NCBI RefSeq assembly: GCF_006345805.1
Contig: NC_042999.1
Span: 71,424,001-71,488,000 of the forward strand
From: Octopus sinensis
Taxonomy: Eukaryota
Length of the DNA: 64,000 nt
Direction of reading: 5' to 3'
The notes under the pieces are model-generated. The model was not told where the DNA came from. It worked only from the letters and a program-made list of their open reading frames with translations, and searched no databases. The translations under genes and the position numbers were made by a program. Positions 52,590-64,000 of the stretch are shown here, piece after piece. Each line of letters opens with the position of its first letter. Positions within the stretch are counted from its first letter, which is position 1.

Positions 52590-53830
52590 ACCACTAAGGG
52601 TGGGTGTTTCTGTAGCTTGTAGCCCCAGGGGAACATCTCCTTCAGCTGGCTATTGGCACACTTTCTGTGCCCTATCGGTATTTGCAAAGGGAGGTCATCC
52701 TATCCTCGTCAACCTAAGTGATACGCACGGACTGCAGTTTCTGGGTATTGACCCGTCATCAGCGCACGACAATCACCGGTTTTCGATGAAAGGAAGCCCA
52801 ATGCAAATATTTATATCCTTTTCCAGTAACTTTTCGTCACTGATCTTGAAAAAGTGCCATATTGAGATGGCAAATATACCTCACATTGTCGTGCAGTTAC
52901 TGTTTATACCTCGTTCAGAGATTTATTATATATATAACAAAAATCAAAGTGGATGACAGATTTTCGTGTCAAGTTCATGGATGTCTTCTAAAGTGAAGGT
53001 GTCCAGGATCTTCATCACATTTCTGTGGCATTTTGTGCAGTCTAGCATAAAACTTTATTGCATAGCAAACTTCCTAATACACTTCCTAATACTTCTCTTT
53101 ATACACTGTTTGTATTCTAAAAACTAGTCAGCTAATAAACACTGTTGCAAGCAGTAGTTATTAGGATGTTTTGGAAGTGCTGTCATAACCGTCTCCCTCA
53201 ATCTTGAATAAAATGCTGGCAGGTCACTTTACCTGATGGATACTAATAATATATTAAAATTACAATACTCTAGGAGAGTTATAACTGCCTCTTCTAAAAT
53301 GTCATAAAACTTCTGGAATGCACCTAGTATAAAATGATTATGTACCTTTCAAAAGAAATTCCGTTACTTGAGTGGGTTTTATAGAACATCATTAGTGAAT
53401 TTTCTAGTTCTTGAGTGAGTCTACTGAATAGTAAAACTTTCCGTCATTTCTTTGGAAGATACTGTTTCAGGGGGGCGCTGCTTTCTTAAAATTTTCAACT
53501 TTGCCAATGAGTACCTGAGATTCGAATGTAGCTCTTCTCCTATTGTAGTGTTCAAATTAACTGCAGCAAAAAACTGCATTGTCATCTGATATGACAAAAT
53601 ATCCTTTGGTAGTATTAGAAGTGTTAAAATTTTCTGCTTCAATTTCTTTAAAGTTTTACTTTCATTTTGTACTGATTGCGTATTTTTTCGTTATTAATCA
53701 ATGTAAATCAATAATACTCGAAATTGTCGCTGGTCCTCAGTTTATTGGCACGGAAACTAAAAAGATCTTTCGCAGACTCCATTTCCATAAATCAATGTTT
53801 ATCCATAATTTAATTTCTTTTCCTTGAAAT
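52590..53830 (-). mobile_element. Highly decayed PLE (weak RT-thumb/endonuclease traces) with an HHR-bearing 3' region
   Basis: Weak minus-strand traces (KDILSYQM; SFMLDCTKCH; RQCEVY...YGTF) lie upstream of a well-formed HHR at 52724-52768. Confidence 0.4.
52724..52768 (-). ncRNA. Type I hammerhead motif with canonical CUGAUGA core and GUC site
   Basis: Reverse strand: cgtgcg-CTGATGA-c gggt(caat)accc a-GAA-actgcagt (8-nt palindrome)-C-cgtgcg. Stem I is 6 bp with two G-U pairs; there is a C-A mismatch at the base of stem II. Confidence 0.7.
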
Positions 53831-54403
53831 TTGTATTTAAGTATGATAGTCATTTTCTGAAATATATTCCTTGAAATACTGACCGTTCTAATAGTTGAGT
53901 AGTGAAATAAAATTTGAGATTTACATTCTATCCCATTTGCGCATTCGTAACCCCTACTTTGATTAAGATATAATGCTTTGGCATTTGTTGAAAAAGAGAG
54001 GAAGGAACTTGATAGAAGTCTAAAACTTCATTGTCGTAATGTGCATCAGTTGCATTTCAGCAAGAGATTAATGAATTGCAAGGATTTCCATTAATGTATC
54101 AATTATCAAAATGGGGAGAAACTTTTCAATACAGTTTTAATGACTTGTGTGCTCCTAGTCTCAGAAGTATACATACGTGGTGAAGTAAGTACAAATCTCA
54201 GCCATCGCACAAATATATCATAGCAGATATCATATCATACACAAGCAAGTGTTAACAGAAAGGAAAGGAAACACCTAAAATGTAAGATTTCTTCCCCGAA
54301 GACGGAGGCTCGTATCATTCGACGATGGAATAAACTTCCAATCATTATTTTGGACCACGGAGCCCCCAGAAACAACAGTTGAATTTGTAATACTCTTCTT
54401 CAC

Positions 54404-54445
54404 AACTGCCCGATGAACGGGAAACTGAAACTCTGAGTAGCAGTT
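54404..54445 (+). ncRNA. Hammerhead motif, CCGANGA core variant
   Basis: aactgc-CCGATGA-acgggaaact (stem II damaged)-GAA-actc(t)gagt-A-gcagtt. Confidence 0.6.
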
Positions 54446-54490
54446 TTTGTGATATTATTCTGATGTTTTTGCAGTTTCCATTATAAAGTA

Positions 54491-54529
<39 letters not shown>

Positions 54530-54673
54530 GAGGAATGACCACCAAGGTAGACACCTAATATGCTAATGATAGACGTCAAATTGCCTTACCACGAAGAGTG
54601 TGTTCTCAAAAATTTCAGCAAGACGCCAGAATGTAAGATGGCCAAGACAAATGAAAAATATAGGGGAAAAAAA

Positions 54674-54773
54674 NNNNNNNNNNNNNNNNNNNNNNNNNNN
54701 NNNNNNNNNNNNNNNNNNNNNNNNNNNNNNNNNNNNNNNNNNNNNNNNNNNNNNNNNNNNNNNNNNNNNNNNN
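54674..54773. other. Assembly gap (100 N)
   Basis: Run of exactly 100 N. Confidence 1.
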
Positions 54774-55599
54774 TGCAAGAAGAGATAATATAATTCGATG
54801 CTATAATAATTCGAGAATGTCATAATTGATGTGCGTCACTTCTGCATTTTCTATCGTTGCTCTTTATACGTCTAAAACCAAATAACATGTTACAGGCATC
54901 AGCGGACGAGAAAATAATGTTTCATTGTTGATTAAGAAAATGACTTTTGCACACATATACATCTTATCATCGTTAGAAAATATATGCATAACCCAGAAAT
55001 GTAGTTTGGCTTACAGGCTAAAAGGTTAATATCTCTAATCCGGCTTCGGCGAAGTAGTTATATAACGTATAACCGGGTACCACAGTCAGTGCTCCTCTGG
55101 AACTGCATCTCTTTAGACGTTATTTTTGGCTCATATTTTTTCATATTTAGCTAAATTAACTTAACATCATGAACAAGCTATCAAATTCCGCGTGAGCGGA
55201 GCTTAAGAAAATTAATGATTACAGTGTGTATACTTTATACGAACACACATACATAAGTACAAAGAAACACGCGAGCGCATACACATATAAATACATACAC
55301 CGCAAACATACACAGATATAAACTATCAATTAATAAACTATTTAATCAATATATAACTGATCATTCGATTCAATTCTGATGAATGTAATTATGCACTTAT
55401 AAGTTATAAGTTAAAGACCCATGATTAGCAACGGAAATATTGATGAAGTGGTTGGGATACACATTTTGTAGGGGTATCTTCTGGACGTTGACGATTGAAG
55501 ATGGATTGAATTCAAACATTTGTAATTAGAAGAATTAGTATATATGTATACATTCACACACACGCAAACACAGACACAAATACGCACAGAGAGTTATAT

Positions 55600-56132
55600 G
55601 TATACGTATATAAATATACATGCATACATATACATGATATATAGATATATATATATTAGATATATATAATATATATATAATATAATATATATATGTATAT
55701 ATATTGAAGTATATATATATGTATATATATATATATGTTGTATTATATATATATATATATATATATATGTATTTATATATATATTACATACATTCGTATA
55801 TATATATACATATATATATATATGTATATCTATATATGTATATATCTATCTATATATGTATATACCATATGTATATATATATATATATATGTATGTTATT
55901 ATATGTATATATATATATGTATATATCTATCTATATATATATATGTATATATTATATATATGTATTATATATATATATGTATAATCTATCTATATATATA
56001 TGTATCTATATATATATGTATATATCTATCTATATATATATATGTATATATCTATCTATACATATATATATGTATATATCTATCTTATATATATATGTAT
56101 ATATCTATCTATATATATATATGTATATATCT

Positions 56133-56166
<34 letters not shown>

Positions 56167-56190
56167 GTATATATGTATTTGTTCCTGTAT
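55600..56190. repeat. Long degenerate (TA)n/(TATG)n/(TATC)n tract
   Basis: Direct reading. Similar tracts at 7700-8060, 14510-14800, 15120-15690, 37640-37780, 38120-38420, 39370-39680, 42700-42885, 43580-43850, 45820-46160 and 48270-48750. Confidence 0.95.
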
Positions 56191-57191
56191 GTATATATAT
56201 ATTCCTTCACTCACTTATTGTGCTTCATGCGCTTCAAATCTAGGTTGTACTGACTGCGTATTTCCTCATTGTTAATCAGTGTACTGCAGTGATATCGGCG
56301 ATTTTTCTTCATTTACATTTATTGGCGTAATTAAATGCGAACATTAACGAGCTCAACCTTCATGATCAGTATGCGCATCCGAAAAACTTTTGGAAACCTC
56401 AAAGTTCAATTCACTAATCATCTAGGCAACGGTGTATGTCTACGTGATCAACTTGATATTTCATGTCATTTTGGTAAGTGTATGTCCATTTTATACCACT
56501 CTTTTTTTCCCCTCTCTACATGCGTATTTAAGCATGATAGCCCATTTTCCGAAATGAATTTCTGTAAATTATGATCGATTCACTTATTTGATTTCTGAAG
56601 AGCATGAATATCATTTGCTTTACTTCCAATTTGCGCATTCATATCATATCTAATGATAAAGACATTAGGCATTGTGATTCGTTTTTAGGTGAAGGAAGAT
56701 ACCGTCCACTGGTTCTGTATATAATTTTTAATAATACACAAAATGCAATAGCTGAGCAATTGTCATTTCCTAAATCAGTAATGCTTGATGTAACATAAAT
56801 TTTCTGGTCAATGGACAACTGTAATAATAATACTCTTCCGGGTTTCGACATATAAAGAGCAACAATGCTGTCAAGCTATAGGTTGTTCACTTAAAATATG
56901 ACATTTAAAAACTGTTACAACATGGAATTCCATGAATTATTTATCCTGTTTCTGATATACATACATACATACATACATGTGAATAAACATACATAAAAAT
57001 ATAAATATATATATTCTTATATATAAACAAGCAAGCACGCACACACACACATACACGCTCACACACATACCTGCACAGATATCGTGTGCATATACAAACA
57101 TACAAACATACATACAAACATATAGATATATATATATATATATATATAATATATATTATATATATATATATTAGATATATTATATATGATA

Positions 57192-57236
<45 letters not shown>

Positions 57237-57258
57237 CTATCTATCTATCTATATATAT

Positions 57259-57296
<38 letters not shown>

Positions 57297-57480
57297 ATTA
57301 CACACACACATATTTTTTGCGTGTACGTGTGTCCATAAATAGTTTAATTTTTCGTTGAAGATCAACAGAGAAAATACCCTATCCGGTACAGTATGTAGAT
57401 ATGAAGGTACTAATACGTTTAGTATCAATAGACCATGATTATTCAGCACCATCTACTGTGTACATTAAACGATTATATAT

Positions 57481-57531
<51 letters not shown>

Positions 57532-58212
57532 TATAGAGAGAAAGAGAGGCATTTCTCGTATGTCAACAATATAAACGCGAGTGCTTTTGTGCACCAAAGT
57601 CCTTATGAGAGATCTCTCAAGGTAATCAATGCAGTTTTCTGTGTTCTAACAGAACCTCCACTACTTTTAGCATAGTACCCAGTAATATTGATAACAGCCC
57701 AGTTAATAACCTTTTAGCATTAATAGGGTTAACGCCAATCGTCTTAACAGTAATTAAAACAAAGGCGACAATAAACGCCTTTGTAATTGTAGAAACTGTC
57801 TCAAATTTCCTGTAGAAAATTGGTGCTTAAGGAAGAATTTTATCTTTGGACGGTAACAGCTGGAAATTTAAGATACTATTACAGAGGATCCTGTACCATT
57901 AACTACAGATTTAGGTTATGCAACCATCTTACTTCATTTAAATTTGGGATAAAAATTGTTAGTACTTATCTAGGTAAATGTATTTTGGATTTAAATGATA
58001 AAAGCATTAATTCCGCTATAAAATGATCCATTGTATGCATGGCTCTACCATAAAATACTGGTTATTTTAGATGTGAACTTTGCCAGAAGGAAATGTTTTA
58101 TATACTTTACTGAAAGCTTTTAAATTCTAGAACTAACTTAACGATGAATTGCTCCTATATTTATAGGATAATTTCCCTAGTAAATAGATCTTTGTTTCTA
58201 CCGAATAATGAA

Positions 58213-58535
58213 GGTGCGTGATTCAGTGGTCACTGCGTTGGGCTCACATTCATGAGGTAGTGAGTTCGATTCTCGGACTGGGTTGTGTGTTTATTTTACG
58301 TTGCTCCAATTCACTCAGCTGTAGAACTGAGTTGAGACGTCATTGGTGCCAAGTAGTATCGGCCTATATCTTTCCTTTGGATAATATCAGTGACATGGAA
58401 AGGGGATGCTGGTATGCATGGGTGACTGCTGGTCTTCCATAAACAACCTTGCCCAGACTTGTACCGTGGAGGGGAAGTTTCTAGGTGCAATCCCATGGTC
58501 ATTCATGACCGAAGGGGGTCTTTACCCTTTCCTTT
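58213..58535 (+). mobile_element. SINE group B, full length
   Basis: GGTGCGTGATTCAGTGG...GAGTTCGATTCTC...GAAGGGGGTCTTTACCCTTT. Confidence 0.85.
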
Positions 58536-59764
58536 ATATCATCCGATTCTATAAATAAAGGGAGCACGTATGTAACCATGATTTTTTTGCATTTCTCATT
58601 AGTGACCCTCGTAAACATTTTATCATAATCACCTCTATATTCTACTTCTGAATTAGTATCTTTTCGGTTCTTCTTTTCCTTTTCTGTCCTTGTCCTTTCC
58701 AGCCACTTCCCCAGCCTTAGATCTCAACCTTTTTAATATCGATTTTCAATTATTATTTTGTGTTAATTACCTCGTTACTTCCTATGAGCTGTATCCTGTT
58801 TACTTTTCTATTCTATCGTATCACTATGTCTAATTTATAATTGCATAAGTCTGTAGCACTTCATCTGATAGCATTGATCTTTTATATAAAGTCTGCTTTG
58901 TACCTTTACTTATTGACCCCTTAATGTATTTATTTCTGCAATGTCCACTGAAATCATTTTAAGTTTAAATACCAAACTAACTTTCCTTAAGATATCATAT
59001 TTCAGCTCAGCTTTCTTTCTTCCTACCTTCTCTCCCTTTGTATTTTGTTAGTTACTTGTGTTGAGGCTAAAAGTTCAGTCCTTGTTTGATTTCCAAGTAG
59101 GTTTGCATAAATTGTTCTATATTTCTAATATCACAATTTATTGAATATGGACAGATTTATATATGGTAGAAACACATGAGGTATTTTTATATGCTGTAAT
59201 CCTTTTATTAAAGAGGTGTTATACTTCATTGAAATTAATGTATTTTTAATATGCTGTGGAATTTTTTTCGGAATTCTCTTAAGCGAACCTTGGATTTACT
59301 AATCTGTCTGTCTGTCTGTCTGTATGTCAGTCTGTATGTATGTATGTATGTATATATATTATAATCTTCCAATACTGAAACACGTGTAGTTCTTTCATAT
59401 TTGATAATTTTAATTATAACTTTAGTTGGAGATAATTAAGGAAGTATATTTTATACCCTGCTGGTATACTGGTTATATCCTTTAAAGTATAATTTCGTGA
59501 TGTGCAAATAGATACCACGACTTTACCTTCCCATATGCTCATTAGATTTTTTTTTTTTTGTATTTTCTGAAATAGAATACCCGCATATCTGTTAACCTCC
59601 CAAACTGATTTATTATTGATTTTTATTATTTATTATTTATTTCGTATATTTCTAGATAACTATATAAATAAATGATAATCAAGACCCCACTGTACGATAT
59701 GCAGTTGCATGTAATGCAGAAGGATTGTGCCTGATTGATTTGGAAATTCGTTTTCCCAAATTAT

Positions 59765-59805
<41 letters not shown>

Positions 59806-60000
59806 GTAAATGTAATATGTGCCAATTATTCGTTAACCATGATAAAAAACTCCAAGTTTCGGTTGCCGAGGTGGAAATCCACGCCACCATCTCTTCATGG
59901 CTACCGAATAATTCTCACATATTACATATACAGATAAATTCCTCTATTTACATAATATCGAGGTTTCTTTCTTTCTTTTGTTGTCTTACCGTTTTTATCA

Positions 60001-60065
<65 letters not shown>

Positions 60066-60067
<2 letters not shown>

Positions 60068-60224
60068 CGACGGGTTTCTTTCAATTTCCGTCTACCAAAT
60101 CCACTCATACGGATTTGGTCGGCCTACGGCAATAGTAGAAGACACTTGCCGAAGGTACCACGCAGTAGGACTGAATCTGGAACCATATGGTTAGGAAGCA
60201 TGATTCTTCCCACGCCTTCGCCTA
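60066..60224 (-). mobile_element. SINE group A, 5' half
   Basis: TACGACGGGTTTCTTTCAATTTCCGTCTACC...GGAACCATATGG. Confidence 0.85.
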
Positions 60225-60567
60225 CATGTTAACAAACTGTTTTTGTTTGTTTTAGGAAGCGTCGAATGTGTATCGTATCTACATTTGAAAAGGAGCTGTG
60301 TACTTAGCGTTTATTTTACCGGTTATTGTTGCCAGCAGGCAGTTTGAGTACTCAGCCGGGTTCGAGTCATGTGGTTGTCGCCTGACAATTTTTTTCCGTC
60401 ATGTAAGGGTAAAATACCTAATTAGTCTCCTGTTGCCACGACTATGCTGCGTTCGAAATATTACTTCCTTTTTTGTATGATACGATATGCATATATATAT
60501 ATATATATATACATCTAGGGCCCTTATATATATATGTATATATATATATATATAATATATATATATA

Positions 60568-60598
<31 letters not shown>

Positions 60599-60842
60599 TA
60601 TATATATATATACACCACATATATATATATACATATATATATGTATGTGTGTGTGTGCGTGTTTGTGCTTGTGTTTGCGCGTGCGCGCGTGTAAGCCCTA
60701 GAAGTGTCAAATGTAAGGCCCCAATATATTCACAGATTCTTGAAGAACCACGATAATGATATTGAAAAATTTAGTTAAACGTTTATTAAATTTTATCTAC
60801 CTATCTTCATATGAACGATTTTATAACATTAGAATCAACAAT

Positions 60843-61258
60843 AGGCGCAGCAGTGGCTGTGTGGTAAGTAGCTTGCTAACCAACCACATGGTTCCGGGTT
60901 CAGTTACACTGCGTGGCATCTTGGGCAAGTGTCTTCTGCTATAGCCCCGGGCCGACCAATTCCTTGTGAGTGGATTTGGTAGACGGAAACTGAAAGAAGC
61001 CTGTCGTATATATGTATATATATATATATGTATGTGTGTGTTTGTGTGTCAGTGTTTGTCCCCCTAGCATTGCTTGACAACCGATGCTGGTGTGTTTACG
61101 TCCCCGTCACTTAGCGGTTCGGCAAAAGAGACCGATAGAATAAGTACTGGGCTTACAAAAGAATAAGTCCCGGGGTCGAGTTGCTCGATTAAAGGCGGTG
61201 CTTCAGCATGGCCGCAGTCAAATGACTGAAACAAGTAAAAGAGTAAAAGAGTAAAAGT
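60843..61258 (+). mobile_element. SINE group A, full length, least diverged copy
   Basis: GGCGCAGCAGTGGCTGTGTGGTAAG, GGTTCAGTTAC, CTTGGGCAAGTG (CORE-like), internal (TA/TG)n, tail (AAAGAGTA)n. Confidence 0.92.
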
Positions 61259-61969
61259 GTAATGAAAACAAAACACTCCTTTGAAGTGGTTCCATATAAA
61301 GAGTTTAAAATCTGAATGTACTTTTATCCCCTTTCAAAACTAGTGTGATTCCCCTTGTTATAAACGCCATTCAACTTAAAAGTCTTAACACCAATATGAA
61401 ACATTTTTCAAATACTTCATAAAGCATTTTTCCCTCCAAATTACAAATGCTACATGCTATTTTACAAAAAGAGAGCCACTCCATGAAAAGGAATTTAGCC
61501 ATTCTAGAGATGAACAAAAGCTTTTCATATAATAGAGAATTCTAATGAACTGAAGTTAAAAACTCCAGTTGCACTTTCAAAAATACTTGCAGCTATTAAC
61601 GTTGATAGCGGTCCACTTGAAGGGAATTACAAACACAAATCGAAGGCCATTGTTCCGCCGTCAACACTAACTCGACCAATCTCATATAGCAATTTAGCTA
61701 CTGTCTAGTTAAAAAGTATCAATTTATACCGATATTTAGATACTTAAACTAAAATGTAGGTACCTTTCTTTCAATGTGTATTTAATTTTCGAAAACCCAA
61801 CAGTACAATTTTGCAATATTAAATGGAAAAGCATGCTAAACCCTACATAAAATATAAAAATCGCATAAAGTTTGCGATTCTGAATCATAGTCAATCCTCT
61901 TCTCCAATCTCAACTTTCACGCAGTATATATATGTACACCCCCACACCATATTATGTAGTTATGAAGAC

Positions 61970-62012
61970 CAGAGGTTCCCAACCTGTGGTCCGCGGATCC
62001 TTGGTGGTTCGT
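61970..62012 (+). mobile_element. hAT/Charlie-like terminal fragment (one end only)
   Basis: CAGAGGTTCCCAACCTGTGGTCCGCGG resembles CAGGGGTTCCCAACC-type TIRs; no partner end found. Confidence 0.5.
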
Positions 62013-62117
62013 GAATATATATATATAATAAGGGTGAAAATTGAATATTAATTTGATTAATATCAATTTAAAACCAGTGGCCTAGCATATTGAAAAATCT
62101 GAAAATTCAGATGTATG

Positions 62118-62170
<53 letters not shown>

Positions 62171-62171
62171 T

Positions 62172-62545
62172 GGAGGTACGCCGTCGGTTACGACGACGAG
62201 GGCTCCAGTTGATCTGATGAACAGCCTGTTCGTGAAATTAACGTGCAAATGGCTGAGCACTCCACAAACACGTGTACCCTTAGCGTAGTTCTCAAGGAGT
62301 TTCAGCGTGACACGGAGTGTGACAAGACTGGCCCCCTTGAAATACAGGTACAACAGAAACTGGAAGAAAGAGGGAGAGAAAGTTCCGGTGAAAGAGAACA
62401 GCAGGGTTTGCCACCACCCTCTGCCGGAATCCCCATGGAGCATTGGGTGTTTTCACTCAAGAAACACAACGCCTCGTCTGAGAATCTAAACCGCGATCCT
62501 ACAACCGTGAGTCCGCTGCCCTGACCACTGGTCCATTGTGCCGCC
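62172..62545 (-). mobile_element. tRNA-derived SINE, group D head with tail type 3
   Basis: Reverse strand GGCACAATGGACCAGTGGTCAGGGCAGCGGACTCACGG...; the tail is unrelated to those at 41413 and 51882. Confidence 0.85.
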
Positions 62546-63663
62546 ACACACACACACGCATAGTCACAGACACACAGACACACACACACACTCATATATA
62601 TAAGGATATGCATATTAAAAGTGTTCCTTTGGAAAACTCATTTAAATAAAATGGTTGGAACTACTGATGTAGACAGTGGAGAGTCTGTTATTTTTCCTAA
62701 TAAGCTGTAGTATATCCCACACAATACATACATTTCTTTTCGTATATTAGAATATTTAGGTTACCCTTTTACACAATTATATTTTATTTCCTTTTCTTTT
62801 ATATCGATAATAACTTTTAACGTATAATTTTTCCATCTATTAAACTATGCTGTATCAATAATCGTACCCGACTTACGTTGTAACAAAATTCTTATATAAG
62901 TAACCAATATTTAAGTTTTCCACCTATTCCTTCATGAAGTTATCCGTTGAAAGCGAAATTCGACTGCTGTCCCTATGGTTTACTCTTTAGTTAGACTTTC
63001 TACTTATTAAATTTCCATTAAACTTCTTTTTATAGAGTAAACTTCATTAAATTTGTATTACAACTGTTTATTTTTTTTTTCCTCAGCTGGTTTGTACTGT
63101 TTCAGATTTAATTGATTACTTAAATCTATTCTCTAGAATTATTCCAAGTGCTTTGACCTTCCCATATACATATATATTTTTTGTCTGAGTAACCGAGAAT
63201 AAAATTTATCTTAATTTGTAACTAAATTTTATTAACTCTGGCTCAACAAATTGTAATTTACACTAATTGTCAATTTGACATAACTCTATAGGATTCATTA
63301 CCATCTTAAGACTTAAAGTTAATTATTTTTCTCTTTTTGTTCACATCAACTGTTTTATGTGAATACGAACTTTTTAAAAGTAAAATTCTTTCCAATATGT
63401 TGATTTATACATTGACTATTATTATATTGTTATTTGTAGATGTCGCGTGAAATTTCATTGATTTCTGTCCTTTCGTGTGTTATAAACCACAAGACATATC
63501 AACCGAAACAGAACGACATTTCAAACAAAGGAGAATACATTAATTCTGTAAATAATGTAGACAGTATACATTTAAAAAGTCTTATTTAAATTTTACTTAT
63601 CTTAGAGTTAATCTTATGTATGTTTTTTTAAAAACACTTTTGATTATAATATACCCGAGTATT

Positions 63664-63945
63664 AAGGCGGCGAGCTGGCAAAATCGTTAGCACGCCGGGC
63701 GAAATGCTTAGCAGCATTTCGTTTGCCGTTTCAAATTCTGCCGAGGTCGACTTTGCCTTTCATCCTTTCGGGGTCGATAAATTAAGTACGAGTTACGCAC
63801 TGGAGTCGATGTAATTGACTTAATCCGTTTGTCCTTGTTTGTTTTCTCTGTGTTTAGCCCCTTGTGGGTAGTAAAGAAATGGGTATTTCGTCTGCCGTTA
63901 CATTCTGAGTTCAAATTCTGCCGAGGTCGATTTTGCCTTTTATCC
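63664..63945 (+). mobile_element. SINE group C with a partial tandem repeat
   Basis: AAGGCGGCGAGCTGGCAAAATCGTTAGCACGCCGGG...; the block TTCAAATTCTGCCGAGGTCGA.TTTGCCTTT is repeated at ~63730 and ~63910. Confidence 0.85.
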
Positions 63946-64000
63946 GGGGCTATAGTAGAAGACATTTGCCTAAAGTGCCACGCAGTGGGACTGAACCCGA
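63944..64000 (-). mobile_element. SINE group A fragment, continues past the window
   Basis: CCGGGGCTATAGTAGAAGACATTTGCC..GTGCCACGCAGTGGGACTGAACCCG. Confidence 0.8.

Noticed and set aside
54560-54823. ORFs spanning the N run
   Set aside because: Artefacts of the assembly gap.
57600-59250. Possible very old CR1/L2-type LINE on the minus strand
   Set aside because: Only faint similarity (LLGKLSY..., QLLPSK..) and no recognisable QG or ADD motif.

Overview
No recognisable host gene. This is AT-rich, microsatellite-saturated eukaryotic intronic/intergenic DNA; the SINE repertoire and (TA)n/(CA)n density point to an Octopus (cephalopod) genome (inference). Essentially every entry in the supplied ORF track is a microsatellite translation or a transposon remnant. 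Supported content: (1) DNA transposons: a near-complete DD37D (maT-type) Tc1/mariner with TIRs (2413-3700), a second decayed maT (46.7-47.8 kb), an internally deleted Tc1-like element with perfect 30-bp TIRs and a probable DD36E spacing (9814-10638), plus Tigger and Helitron-helicase fragments. (2) About 20 tRNA-derived SINE copies in four groups, one of which carries a single head on three unrelated tails. (3) An RTE LINE fragment. (4) Most strikingly, a dense set of Penelope-like retroelement (PLE) remnants: two PLEs with different RT motifs (YRDD and YLDD) joined tail-to-tail, inverted pseudo-LTR arrangements, a ~730-bp fold-back mini-PLE, and about nine hammerhead-ribozyme (HHR)-like motifs. 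Several of these motifs are structurally well formed, and two copies share a C3-C4 core variant with a compensatory stem-I change. There are also unexplained nested inverted repeats at 611-1291 and 2133-2396, and a 100-N assembly gap at 54674-54773. All alignments and folds were done by eye, and coordinates of decayed elements are approximate.
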